A DNA stretch of 64,000 nt from the NCBI RefSeq assembly GCF_009914755.1, contig NC_060931.1; one strand, 5' to 3'. This stretch comes from the human T2T-CHM13v2.0 reference genome, Homo sapiens. The notes under the pieces are model-generated. The model saw only the letters and a list, made by a program, of their open reading frames with translations. It was not told where the DNA came from and searched no databases. Below, one piece after another: positions 18,461-31,410 of this stretch (positions are counted from its first letter, which is position 1; every line of letters begins with the position of its first letter). The translations under genes and the position numbers were made by a program.

Positions 18461-20447
18461 ATTAGGAGCCAAAGGTTAGCTGTTGGGAAATGTTAAGCAG
18501 AAAGAAGCTCTGTAGTATTGAATTATGTCTCCCTCTTGAAGTAACTGAGTCGTTAATGTAACCACTCCAAACAGATAAGAATTAAATTGACCTTTTCTCA
18601 AATCCCTTTGTCCTTACGCAACCTTGAGAAGGTCATGGTCATCCTCTATGGCTCAACATCTTTCATGTCTCGAAGATTTGGAATTAAGTATAATAATATT
18701 TTAAATATTATGAACTAATTATACTATTTTATGTTAAGGTAACTTCATGTTTAAATTTGTTTTTACGTGTACTGTTTTGGAGAAGTTGGTCTTTAGAGTG
18801 GCAGTCTAAAGTATCCTATTGAAAATCTCACAAGAACATAAATCATATTAGGATAATTAGGAAAATATTATGTTCATTGTGGTTTTAAGCTTAATTGAAA
18901 TTTTAAGAATTACTTAAGAACCGGGAGGTTTGTCAGACACCTGGAATCCCCAAAAATTTATGAATTCACTTTTAAATGTTCGAAGGTGTTAATTAATGTT
19001 TGCAAATAGGAATGAATGTTATTCAGAGGCCCTCTTGGGAGTAATTTTTAGCATTTCTAGACTTAGAATGACAAGACGTAGAAGTTAAATGTAAAAAACT
19101 TAAGAACTAGAATTCTGAAATGATAACTCCTGTAAATTAAATAAGTCAAAGCAAACGCTGGATGACTGTTAGGTGTGCAACCCCCCTGAGGCCGTTTGTT
19201 TACTGTGATTCTCCTCCCCTTCACTCCTCTTGGATTCTATGCCATCGAGATCTGTTGCCACCTCCTTGAGAATCCTGAGGGGAATGAGTGGGATATGGGC
19301 CCAGTGAGAAGATGATTGCTCTGTTGACCTCTTGGGCCTCTTATTGCCTGCAACCCTGCCACCAAATGGAATACATGCAATGTTTAGAAGTTCTCTGTTC
19401 TTTAGCCTCTGTGGCTTGAGATGAGGAAGAATAACTTTAACTGTACTAAGTCATTTTCCTTGTTTTGTTTTTGTTTTCTTTGTATTTGGAGGCAGAAGTT
19501 TCTTATATGTTTAAGTTTTTCCAGTGATGTCAGAGGCCCTGCTCCCTGATGTCATGCTTTGCGAGAGCTTGCTTCCCTGGCTGTATTAAGGGATTTGAAT
19601 CTCTTGATTGTTACATATTTGACTTTGAATGTATAACCATGGCATTTTTTTTTAGAAAAATACTTACACATAAGATAATTGTTTTGAAGAACACTGCAGG
19701 TTGTTATTCTGTTATGACTGCAGACTTTGTTTTGCTCAAAGCAAATCCACTTGGGCATTACAGAAAAAGAAGAGCATGATGAATGTCCTGTAAGAATCTG
19801 TGTTATCTGCCTCTGTGTGAATGCAAAACAACTTGCTTTCCTACCAGGGCTTGTACTTATTCATTGGATTCTTCCTCATTACCTGAGCTGCTAGGTGAAT
19901 GTTTGGCTGTTGCTTATTTATTTTATAGGATTTTCATTAAGTCTTTGTATATTTCTTAATACAACAATAGAGATTGTAGGTGAGTTTAAAATTATCTGTA
20001 ATGTTATTTAACAGAATGCATTAAGTTTGAGACAATGACATTATGTAAATATATTGAATGAGTTCTAATCTAGAGTGTGGGGTGCAAATCTCTATGGAAG
20101 CAAAATGGAATTTCATGTTGACAGCAGCAGTGCGTTTCCTTTACTTTTATGTGCTGAATTCTGGCTATTTCCAGAATGAGTGCAAAGCAGGTAATTAAAG
20201 TTAAAAGTAAAGGTTTGACAATGATGCAAGGATTTTTATGAAACCTCTATACAGTGGCAAGAATCTTCCCTGTAAAGTTTGTATGTTTTGGCACTAGATA
20301 AACCTTATTTTTAAAATATTTTAAATTAATTTTAATCTCCCCCCTTTTGTTTTAGTGAATATGTTGGGCATCAGATTAAAATGACATTCTGAAAAATATT
20401 CCTTCAGCCATAAGACCCTCGCTGGTTCTAAGAAACCCTCAATGTGT

Positions 20448-20982
20448 TGTTAAATAAAAACTGCACTGGACAAGATGAGCAAATAGAAGTTGGTTTTATT
20501 CCCACACTATGAAGAGCAGCAGGGGAGAGAACACAGACCAAGCCCAGATACTCAGATTTGCTGAAACAAAGGGCAGGGAAATTTTTAAGAGCTGGGGTGG
20601 GGCTTGTAGGCCATCTGTGTTTCTAGTTTGCTTCACTCCAAGGGAAAGTAAACTTTCTCCTGTCTTCATGACAGCAGGTAGTTTTACAACTCGGAGCACA
20701 TTAGGCACCCACCTCCTATGGAGACTGGGAGACAGAGCACCATCTTCCTTGATAATTGCATCTCAAAGGGACAGCTCCCAGGTCCTTGAAAAAGACAGTT
20801 CTGGGTTTAGAACTGGCAAGAGGACTTTTGAAAAGATTCACATCTCAAAAGGGAAGAGAAATAACTTACAATTATGACTTCTCTAAAGTAAATGCTCTCA
20901 GTAAAGGAAGGTCGGGGCAAGGGTCAGGAAGAAGTCTTCTGAAGTCGTGACCAGCTGAGGGACTGTGAGGGCCACCTTGGTG
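20448..20982 (-). mobile_element. MER31/MER67-type ERV1 solo LTR
   Basis: ctcccaggtccttgaaaaagaca...catctcaaaaggg...ctaaagtaaatgctct matches the recalled family motif. Confidence 0.7.
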
Positions 20983-21342
20983 GGAAGTTTTACTTCTGAA
21001 CCTCCAGGTTGGTCCTCGACACCCCTAATTTCAGTGTTGCAGACACCAGATGCGAGACAATAGGAAGAGCTGACTGGGTGGTTCAGGACCTGCCACTGGG
21101 GACAGTTTCTTCGTCCACCTTTGGTCTTGGGTCCATGCTTCCATGTCCTTCTTGCTCACGGCTGTGACAGGCCACCTGCACTGCTTATGAGGTGATACTC
21201 TCCCAGCTGTGCACCAGTCTCTTCCCTGATGCTGGGTCTGGGATTCTGCGAGCCACGTTTCTACATTTCTGCTTTGTCAGTGAGTTCCCAGCGAATGGGG
21301 AAGTATCTTCCAGTGGGAGGCCTGGAGGGAGACCGCAGTCCT

Positions 21343-21485
21343 GAGGAGGAGGGGGGGAGGGGGAGGAGGGGGTCGGGGGAGGGGGAGGAGGAGGGCGGGG
21401 GAGGAGGAGGAGGGGGAGGAGGAGGAGTGGGAAGAGGAGGGGGAGGAGGAGGGGGAGGAGGAGGGGGAGGAGGAGGAGGAAGGGC
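21343..21485 (+). repeat. (GGA/GGG)n purine-rich low-complexity tract
   Basis: About 140 bp of almost only G/A with many G3+ runs. Confidence 0.95.
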
Positions 21486-22789
21486 AGCACTGGCTGCGCT
21501 CTTCCTGGGGGCTTTCTGTCTGGCTCCCACTCCTGTGAGCATCCACCATCAACACTTTCTCACCCTGGCCACACCAGGAGAACAGATTCCCTCCCTCATC
21601 CCCAGTTCAGCAGAAACAGGAAATATCAGTGCAAGGACTGTGCTGTTATCTCGAAAATAGATTTTTGTTGTTGCTGTTGTTACATTAACCTAAAATCTCA
21701 TCATGTAGAACAGAGCAGTTTCTTTGAGATTCTGCTCAGGTTTCCCTTGAGATTCTGCCTCTTTTACAGATTGCATAAAAAACATCCAGCCATTTGAAAG
21801 GGTAAATTTGCCAACTGGAGGGAAGATGATATCTAGTGTGTCCAGGGCACCGCTCCTTGTGACCTGTCAGTCAAGAAATTGTGTGTGTTTTGACACTTCT
21901 AACCTCAGCCTTATATTTTGTTTATTAAACTAAATTCATCATAGCATCTTTTTATACCAAAAAGATTTAAAACTAAGCATGAAAGTGTTGGAAACCGTTT
22001 TTCACTTAGTCAAGCTCAATACATGCCAATGTCAGCCCCTAAAGAGGAGAGCATTTGCCATCAGCAGACAAACACTTGGGTAGAATACCAAGCGACTGCA
22101 AGTAGATTCTTCTAATTTATAGATGGTTGGTAGACAATTTCTGACAGTCCCCCCACCTCTAAATATATTACTGTTTGTCTATACCTGGAGACTATTCTGT
22201 TCTGATTAGTTGGGGGACAACTTAGCCCTCTTGCATCTAAATTCTTGGAAAACCAAATGCGAGTTGAAATTTTAAAAACTGGTTTAAATAAGACATATCC
22301 TTCCTGTCACATCAAATTGTGTGAGCTCAAATATATTTCTGTGATTCACTTATGTTTTCTGTCTATCAAATCAAACTCCCAACTGCTTCATTATCAAGCG
22401 TTTTTGACCTCTTCAGGAAATGGTTCCATATAACCCTCTAGATTTTTTTTAATGTGAGATGTGGTCGTAGATTTCTGACATTTAATAAGATGGATATGAG
22501 TTTGAAAAGGAAGGAAGCTAAAAATGACAAATGCTGTTTTCTAGTGCTGGGACTGAATCATTATTGACGATCATTCCCTTGCATAACATTTCTAAAATGG
22601 TACCAAACCAAGAGGCACATATATCAAATGTTAGGGCTAAAATGGATGTTAAAGACTAATCAGTGGCTTTGTAAATGATAAAGGTCATTTTGGATGAAAT
22701 GATAATTTCGTGTGTGGGCGTTGCAGTGTGGGTTAGAATTATAGAGCTGTTGGCTGCAGCGGCTCTGCAATGTGACGGAAGGAGCAACA

Positions 22790-22990
22790 AGCTCGAAGGG
22801 AGACACCTTGGGCTTGAGTCCTGGCTCTGCCATTGGTAGCTGCGGGAGCCCAGGCAGATATTTAACTTGGCCTCTTGTGCTTCATCTGTTAAATGAGGGT
22901 AATGACATCTACTGGATTTGTTATGAGCATGACCAATAAGAGATTCAAAGCACCCGGTACAATTGGTGTCTGGACTATGCAAGTGCTCTA
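22790..22990 (+). mobile_element. MIR
   Basis: gagtcctggctctgccatt...catctgttaaatgagggtaat core. Confidence 0.7.
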
Positions 22991-23424
22991 GAAATGGAAT
23001 TAGGTAAAGTGAAGGAATCACTACTAAGAAATAGCTATGAGGCTGCAAAAAAAATACAGAAAATGGTTTCAAGCATATATATAAAGAATCAACTAATAAA
23101 AGAGGAGTTCGAAGAATGATTGTATCAGGAGACTTAAGCAAAAGAAAAATAATTGAAATAAATTTCATCTTTATGGATACCAAGTAAAAGTTATAGATTT
23201 CTTACTATTTAATAAAAGTGTAATATGACATAGCCAAAGAGACTAAAAAATCCTCAAATTTCAAAATAAAGAGTAGTTTTGAGTCTTTATGTTAAAGCAA
23301 TTGAAAATCCAAATTAAGGACAAGCAACGGTTAAGGGAATGTGAAAAATAAACCATGTACTAGACTCAAAATGAGTTTCCACAGGAAAGATTTGAGTCTC
23401 AGCCTCCTAAGAAAAAGAATAGGA

Positions 23425-23758
<334 letters not shown>

Positions 23759-23819
23759 CTACAGACATCTATTAGCCTCTGCTTGCCTTTTCTTCCCAAA
23801 GTCATGGGGTCTGAATGAG

Positions 23820-23884
23820 GGCAGTAATTTTAATTGTCTTAGCCTATATAGGCAGTAATTTTAATTGTCTTACCCTATATGGCA
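23820..23884. repeat. 31-bp tandem duplication
   Basis: ggcagtaattttaattgtctta(g/c)cctatat occurs twice. Confidence 0.9.
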
Positions 23885-25349
23885 CTATTCTTCTCTTAAA
23901 GAACGTGAACTGTAGCACAGAGCAGCTCAATCTTTCAAGCTTTTTGGTTAACCTAATTATTCTAAACCTACTCCTATAGTTGTTGAAAGGACTAAGATTT
24001 TATCTGAGTGACATTCTCTGTAGTGTTCCAATGGGACTGACACTTAAGGGTTTTAGTTAAAGGGACAGATTTGACAAAATGGACCTTGTGAAACATATAC
24101 ATCTATAACGCCATTGTTACTTTTAAAAACATTTTGATATATAGAATTTCATTTTATTCTTACATCCTACCCATTTTGTAGATGAGGGATATAAAAAGGA
24201 AAGGACAGAGAGGTTGGTTCTGTGATTTGAGTTTCTGCCAGTTTTCTCCACACCGATGAGCTATTTTCTTAACTTCTATATGACCAAGAATTCCCACTCC
24301 TAGGTATGTGACCAAATTTACTGAAAATATTTATTCAGACAACACTTGTATGTGAATGTTCATAGCAGAACTATTCACAATGGCCAAAAAAGTGGAAATA
24401 ACCCAATATCCATCAATAGAGGAGTAAATCTGATCTTAGCCAAGGTCCTTATTTGCTTTCTTTTCTCCAGAGACCACTGTCTTCCTTTTTCTCTCAATGC
24501 CCAATGCCTGGAAAAGGTTGTGTCCTGTGTGTTATTCATTCATTACCTGCCCCAGTGTTAACTAAGATACCAGCAGAAAAAGGCTGCAAGTGGTTATAAC
24601 TCCAAGATATGTTTGCATTTTTGTATGAACTTGAACTTCCTAGAGTTCCTAGGGCAGGTGTTGACATCTCAACCTCAAGTGTTCTTTAGTGTTTCTTATT
24701 CATGATGGCCACTTGAGTTCACGTCTTTATCTCCCTTCTCCATCAAAATCACTTTAAAGTTACCATAAAGAAGTACAAAAATAACTTCTAATGAGAGCCT
24801 TATCAGAAGATCAGAAATTTTGGGAAATTCCTTAAAGATGGGAAGAGGATGGGATCCTACTTGTAGGTAAACAAAGCCAAGGAAGCTCCAGTATGAGCAA
24901 GCTGGAGAAAGCCACAGGGAAGGAGGGAGCTGGTCTCGCTGGGAGGACTCTGGGCACGTTACAAGCATGGAATCAACAGGTCTATAGAGGTGAGTGGGGA
25001 AGGGGAAATTCACACTGAATAGTTAGACTTCCTCCTGCAGAGCAGCTGTGCCACTGACTTACCCCAAACCCATTGAGACCTGGTAGTAAGCACTTAGACC
25101 CAGGCACAAACCAGTGACACCATTTCTGAAGACGTGGGACCTCTTCCTAGAGTTCCTAGGATGGGTGTTGGCATCTCAATGTAAAGTGTCCTTATTTTGC
25201 CATTGACAGTGAGATTGTCCTAATTGCCTGGTGCCCTAAAGTGGAACCTGCCATATAACACACCTCGCCGGTAACACACAAAGCTCAGTCACTCTCATTA
25301 AGGCAAGGATCAGTAGCAGATGGAATCCGCTCCGGTTACCTATATGAAC

Positions 25350-25767
25350 TGTCTTAGTCATTTAGTGTTGCTATAAAGGAACATCTGAGGCTGGGTAATT
25401 TATAAGGAAAAGAGGTTTATTTGGCTCATGGTTCTGCAGGCTGTACAAGAAGCATGGCACCAGCTTCTGCTTCAGGTGAGGGCCTCAGGAAGCTCACAAT
25501 CACAGTAGAAGATGAAGAGGAAGCAGCATGTACAGAGATCACATGGTGAGAGAGGACGCAGAGGGGAAGGTGCCAGGCTCTTTTTAACAACAAGCTCTTG
25601 CAAGAACTAATGAGTGAGAACCCACTAATTACTTGGAAAGCACCAAGACATTGATGAGTGATCCACCCTCATGACCCAAACACCTGTTATTAAGACCCAC
25701 GACCAACACTGAGAGTCAAAATTTTAATGTGAGGTTTTGGTGGAGGACAAACATTCAAACTGTAGCA
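25350..25767 (-). mobile_element. MST (MSTB-like) MaLR solo LTR
   Basis: tgtcttagtc...gttgctataaagga...ctgcaggctgtacaagaagcatggc...caaactgtagca. Confidence 0.88.
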
Positions 25768-26447
25768 CTAACTGATCAGATCAGTAGTTAATACATATGA
25801 ACAGACAATCTTCATTTCTTTTGTGATGTTTATTTTACTCAGAGAACAATTAACTACGGGCAAAAATTAATCTTTTGGAGGACACTATCAACAATATATT
25901 TTTAAATGTTTTCTATTGCCTGAATTTGCTTTGAGAAAATATTGCATTTGGAACAAAAGACTCCCTATGAAAAAGGAAAAATGTCTTGTCTTGTATAAAT
26001 ATGATTGCCAAAATGAGCAATTCAGAGCAAGAGGTGAAAGAAAATGTGATGAACAATTTTCAGAGCATAGAGCAGAAAAGGCTGAGAGATGGAGGATATG
26101 ATAGCAAAGTCAAGGTCCTGGTAAACTAATCCATGGGATCAATCATATAATGGGAGTTCAAGAAAGAGAGAAGAGAATGAATATAGGAGAGGAAATGTAA
26201 AACAGTAAAACTTCCCTACATTGAGAAAAGGTGAAAGGCTTCTATTAAAAGGACCCAGGATGCTGACAATGTGAATGGAAAGGAATCTGATAGCTAGATA
26301 TATCATAATTAAAATGTAAGAAACCAGGCACAAATAAAACATCCTAAAAGCTCCAGAGAGAATCAAATTAAGCACACACACCATTTTCTGCAAAGAATAA
26401 GAATATGATTATCAGAACTGTTGTGAAGAAATGAGACAAGTACTTTT

Positions 26448-26499
26448 TTTTTTTTTTTTTTGAGACGGAGTCTTGCTCTCTCACCCAGGCTGGAGTGCA
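26448..26499 (-). mobile_element. Severely 5'-truncated Alu (last about 38 bp plus tail)
   Basis: T run then gagacggagtcttgctct...ggctggagtgca; acttttttt on both sides. Confidence 0.85.
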
Positions 26500-26509
26500 C
26501 ACTTTTTTT

Positions 26510-26865
26510 GATACAATACAACTTTATTTACAACAGAGGGCCACATTTGGCCCATAGGCTATTGGTTTCTGGCCTCTGCTCTTGGCTGTGAACATTCTTT
26601 TTAAAAAAATTTTAGTTTACTCATAATAATTGTACTGATTTATGAGATACAGAGTGATATTTTGATACATGTATATAGTGTGTAATGATCTAATTAAGGT
26701 AGTTAGCATACCCTTCACCTTGAACACTTACCATTTCTTTGTGTTGTGAACATTCAAAATCCTCTCTTCTAGCTTTTTGGAAATATCCATTAAATTATTA
26801 TTAATCATATTCCCCATACAGTGCTACAGAACACTAGAATTTATGCCTCACGTCTAGCTGTAACT
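26510..26865 (-). mobile_element. L1MA 3' fragment (about 26600-26865) with a downstream MER58-like segment (about 26510-26600)
   Basis: L1MA 3'UTR; block bounded by tgagacaa(g/a)tactttt at 26432-26447 and 26866-26881. Confidence 0.75.
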
Positions 26866-27924
26866 TGAGACAAATACTTTTAAACCTAGGGGAAATGATT
26901 TAAAATACAGAATTCTTTACCAGTCAAAACAGCCAGTGATAAGGCAAAATAAAGCATTTCCCATATGTAAAGATTCGGAAAAGTTATTTCTCACTTTGTC
27001 CTCTGGGAAACAAACCAACCGACCAAGAGTGTGCTCATGCAAAATGCCAAGTGATACAACAGTAAATCTAACTGAGGTCTGCAGAGGGAGAGAGGTCCCA
27101 GGAACAGGGGAGTGAAGTGGACCTAGAAGATGCCTAGTCCAGATTAGAGCAGGAAGACAAGGGATTTGGAGGGAAAAGGTAAAAGAGTGAAGCAAAGAGT
27201 TTGGTTAGGAAAGCGGTGATCTATGGAATGGTGATGTCATATCTTCTTTTGTACCAAAAATCCTAGAAAAAAAATAACAGCTTTCTAAGGAAGTTAGAGC
27301 CTAGGTTAAAGCAAACTAAAACATAGCAAGATTTTGAGCAGGTTGTGGGTGTAAGAAAATAAAATCTCTTTTATCTGTGTTTTTGGAACAATTTATTTTG
27401 TATGACACTTTTAATAGCACAGATTACATTTCCTCCTTGATAAGGCCAGTTTAACTACTTGATTCTATGGTAGCCAGTCTTTGCACTATCAATATTATAA
27501 ATAATATAATCAATATTATAAATAATGCTGTGTTGATTTTTCATAATTGGAAACAATTTACAGAGAAAGCCTGAGAGATTTAATATTTACACATTATTTT
27601 GTATCTCCAGTTGTTAATCTTTACACTAAATATAGTTATAACACTGTATGTTTTTGGGAAGTAAAATGAATGAAGGGAGCTGGAAGAGCCTGTACAGGCA
27701 CTGAGTTTCTTATTTTATATAACAGAGAATCAAGAGACAATCAAATTGAGGGCCCCAAAATAGAAGTTTAAGTGTTTTTTAAAGCTCTATAAATAATCAG
27801 TGATAGAATTGAAACTAATAAGATGTAAAAATTAGAAGGAACAGGAAGGGGAAAATGAGGAGTAGTGGGGAGTAAACAGATGTTACTAAAATGCATAAAT
27901 CATAAGTATATGATGGCCACATAT

Positions 27925-28110
27925 TGAGAGGCTGTAGACAAAGTGGTTCCAGACAGACTCTGGAGCCAGACTTCCTGCGTTCGAGTCCTACCCTACCCAA
28001 TGATTATTGTGCCACCTTACGGGGTTTTTGTGAGGACTAATATACTACTGTATATAAATGCATGTGTTATGTAATACACATAAAATATGTAATAAATGTT
28101 CACTATTATT
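27925..28110 (+). mobile_element. MIR with internal deletion
   Basis: cagactctggagccagacttcctgcgttcgagtcc...aataaatgttcactattatt. Confidence 0.6.
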
Positions 28111-29013
28111 AGGTAGCATTGTAAAGATTATGCCAGAGGCAGTCTAATGGTACATAATCTTTGTAATATCAAATAGTAATTATTTGAGCAATTACTTTTA
28201 AAATATGGAAGGCAGATGGGAAAGTGGGGTCTATGGCAGAGGATATTGATCCTTTAACTTTTCTCTCCTGTTTGAATTTTCATTATATGCATGTATTATT
28301 GTAACGAAAATATTTCTTTGGGTCTTAAGGACATTCAGCTATAATATTGTGGGTATTGCAAAAGTCAGCATTCACTGATACTGGATATTTAGAAGCAGAA
28401 AGAGATTACTCATCTTGCAAGAAATAACTGGCAAGGCAGTAGAGGGCCTGTGAAAAAGAAGCATTTTATTTCTCTGAGACCAGACAAATGACAAGACAAA
28501 GAGAGAGGTCAAGATGGCAGAGTGTCTGGCTTCTTTACTCATGAATGTGAGGCATTTTCTCCGTCATGCACTGAACGTGGAGAGAATGGCCCTGGGCAGA
28601 AATCAAAACACGTGGCAGTTCCGGTAGCTCCAGGCTTTGGCAGTCTGGATGATGACACATCCTTTGAAACACCCGTAACCATACACTTGGCTTGACCTGA
28701 GAGTTGCAGGACTGGGGCTTGTTTGAGAATCAAATGTATGAGATACCCTGAGAACTACCCGAAATACTTGTGCAGGTTGACCAGAGAGCTCCGACATTGC
28801 TGAGCTCTCACATAATCTAAGTAGTGCCATGGACCGTGGGTGTAAATGCTCATATGATCTTCAGTGGACCTGCAGGTTTGTGAGGCCAGGGAAAATGCAT
28901 GTTCCTTTCCTAACACCATCACTGTCTCCTCTTGGATTATTCCTGAGGGCGATTAATCTGTCTTTCTCTCTCCAGACTCATCCAACAGATCCTGTCCTCA
29001 GAATTGGAGCGAG

Positions 29014-29121
29014 AGCATCTTCCTAAAATGCACCTCTGAAAATGCACCTCTGCATCATTTTCAGAGGTGCATTTTTCAGAAGTGCATTTCAGAGGTGCAT
29101 ATATATATATTAGAAGATGCT
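29014..29121. repeat. Complex fold-back repeat of the unit atgcacctctgaa
   Basis: Two forward and three reverse-complement copies, closed by agcatcttcctaa / ttagaagatgct. Confidence 0.9.
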
Positions 29122-29218
29122 ATGTTTTCAGTATTTGCAGGAAAATTCCTTTAATGAAAAAGACTGATCTTAGTTGAGAATATGTCTTGATAAGTCCACT
29201 GTGTGGAAGCAGTACCTT

Positions 29219-29343
29219 TGTGTGCGTGTGTGTGTGCGTGTGTCTGTGTGTTTGTGTGTGTGTGAGTGTATGTGTATGTGAGTGTATGTGTGAGAGTGTG
29301 TGAGTGTAGAAGTGTGTGCATGTTTGTGCGTGTGTGTGTGTGT
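29219..29343. repeat. Imperfect (TG)n
   Basis: Direct reading. Confidence 0.9.
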
Positions 29344-30584
29344 ATAAGAGAAGGAATGAATGAAGAAGGAGTAGGGAAAGTAAGCATGGGGTGGGAGAGT
29401 GGAACTACCACTCTTTAGGTTTCACAGTAGGAGAAATTTTTGTTTTCTCCAAAATTTTCTCAGTATTTGTTGAAAAATGATAAAAATCAATATTTTGATC
29501 ACAAGATTCTTGCTGACTGGCTTTTCGATAAATGAAATATAATTGTCAGTCACCCCTTGTTCTTCCTTATAAGGCTGGTCCTTCTGGGAAGACAGGTGGT
29601 CACATTCCTGCACTCACAGCGCCATTCATGAGATTAGTAGCAACACTGTTTCCTCTGCAAATGCCCCTGGTGCTTCCCACGGAGCCCCTGTTGACTTGGG
29701 CAGAGATTCTCTAGTAGGAGAAGTGAGGGGAGGGGAAGTCAAACATACCATCGCAGCAGATGGGCACCTTTGTGTCCAGACCTGGTGTCCTGTAAGGTTG
29801 ATGTTGAGGACACTGAGTTGCACCCCACCTGTACAAGGTGCTTCAGAGATTTTCTTCTATCCCATTTCACTTACATCACCCTGGCTCCGGAAGGCATGCT
29901 AATCTGAGTGTGGTGACCTCAGTTACACTTTTGCCCTCTAACAGCTTAGTTGAGAAACTAATTAGTTTTTCAGGTTAGTGAACTTGCAGCTTGCTGACTG
30001 TCATGAAATATGACACAGAATAAGTAAATGGAGAGGGAAGAGGATGAAATGTGAGCTGCAACTTTCCTTACAGCGGCTTTAGTAAGGGGACCAGAAGTAT
30101 TGCAATGATGTGGAAATGTGTAGTTACCAAGTCCTTCTGTCTTCTATTTATCCTGAATCACCTGATTTCAACCCCACTGACAAATAGCCCAGGGCCTTTA
30201 AGATTGAAACCAGGAGTCTTCAATTCAATCCAGTTCAATTCAATTCAATTCAGCACAATCTTAGAACAAACAAAATCTGTTTTTGACCTCCAGCTCAAAG
30301 CCAGTCAGTGAGAAACTCAGGGACCTCTGGTGGGTTACTATGCATGGTGTCTGCATGTGGCAATAACTGGGTAACCTAGAGCACAGGTCTTGGGTCTGAG
30401 ACCTCAGCAACCTGGCTGGTGTGGAGTAGAATGGGGATGGGGAGACCAACCCAGTTGCAAGTCTAATCCCATTATGCACAGTTAGGCAATCTGGTGAACA
30501 GCATTTGATGTATTGGCAAACTGAGCTATGATCCAGGTAGGTGCTAATATCAGAGACAGCCAAATCCACAGGCAGAATATGGCA

Positions 30585-30880
30585 ACAGGGAGAACCTCAG
30601 CATCGGGGGGAACCTGAGCAGGAGGGAGATCCTGGGCAGGGGGAGAACCCGAGCAGGAGGGGAACCCAAGCAGTGGGGACAGCCTGAGCAGCAGGGAGAA
30701 ACCAGGCAGCGGGGAGAACCCAGGAAGCGGGGAGAACCCAGGAAGTGGGGAGAACCCAGGAAGCGGGGAGAACCGGGGCAGTGGGGAGAACCGGGGCATG
30801 GGGGAGAACCTGGGCAGTGGGGAGAACTCAGGCAGGGGGTAGAACATGGGCAAGGGGGTAGAACACAGGCAGCGGAGAGA
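30585..30880. repeat. 18-bp GC-rich minisatellite, about 16 copies (caggaagcggggagaacc)
   Basis: Period 18 is visible; gives LPGFSP repeats in ORF 30482..30853. Confidence 0.92.
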
Positions 30881-30990
30881 AGCTGAAGTCAGGTGGCCAG
30901 GGCTCGATGCTGCCAGGTGGTCAGCAGGCTCCTGGCACAGTCCTGGTCTGGCCCTCGAGCTGTGAGAGCACTGTCTTTTGAAAAGGCTTA

Positions 30991-31410
<420 letters not shown>

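Larger units (their letters stand above)
25850..27000 (+). mobile_element. Ancient L1ME-type ORF1 remnant, host of the 26448-26865 insertion
   Basis: ORF1-like sequence resumes after 26881 (agaattctttaccagtcaaaacag, similar to PRILYPAKL). Confidence 0.55.

Noticed and set aside
21185-21660. Poly-Pro, poly-Gly and poly-Ser ORFs
   Set aside because: All frames are open only because of the GGA/GGG tract; no splice or codon evidence.
22656-23183. 175-aa minus-strand ORF
   Set aside because: Overlaps an antisense MIR, has a non-ATG start and no recognisable domain.
30585-30880. CRISPR-like array
   Set aside because: Head-to-tail tandem units without unique spacers, in primate DNA.
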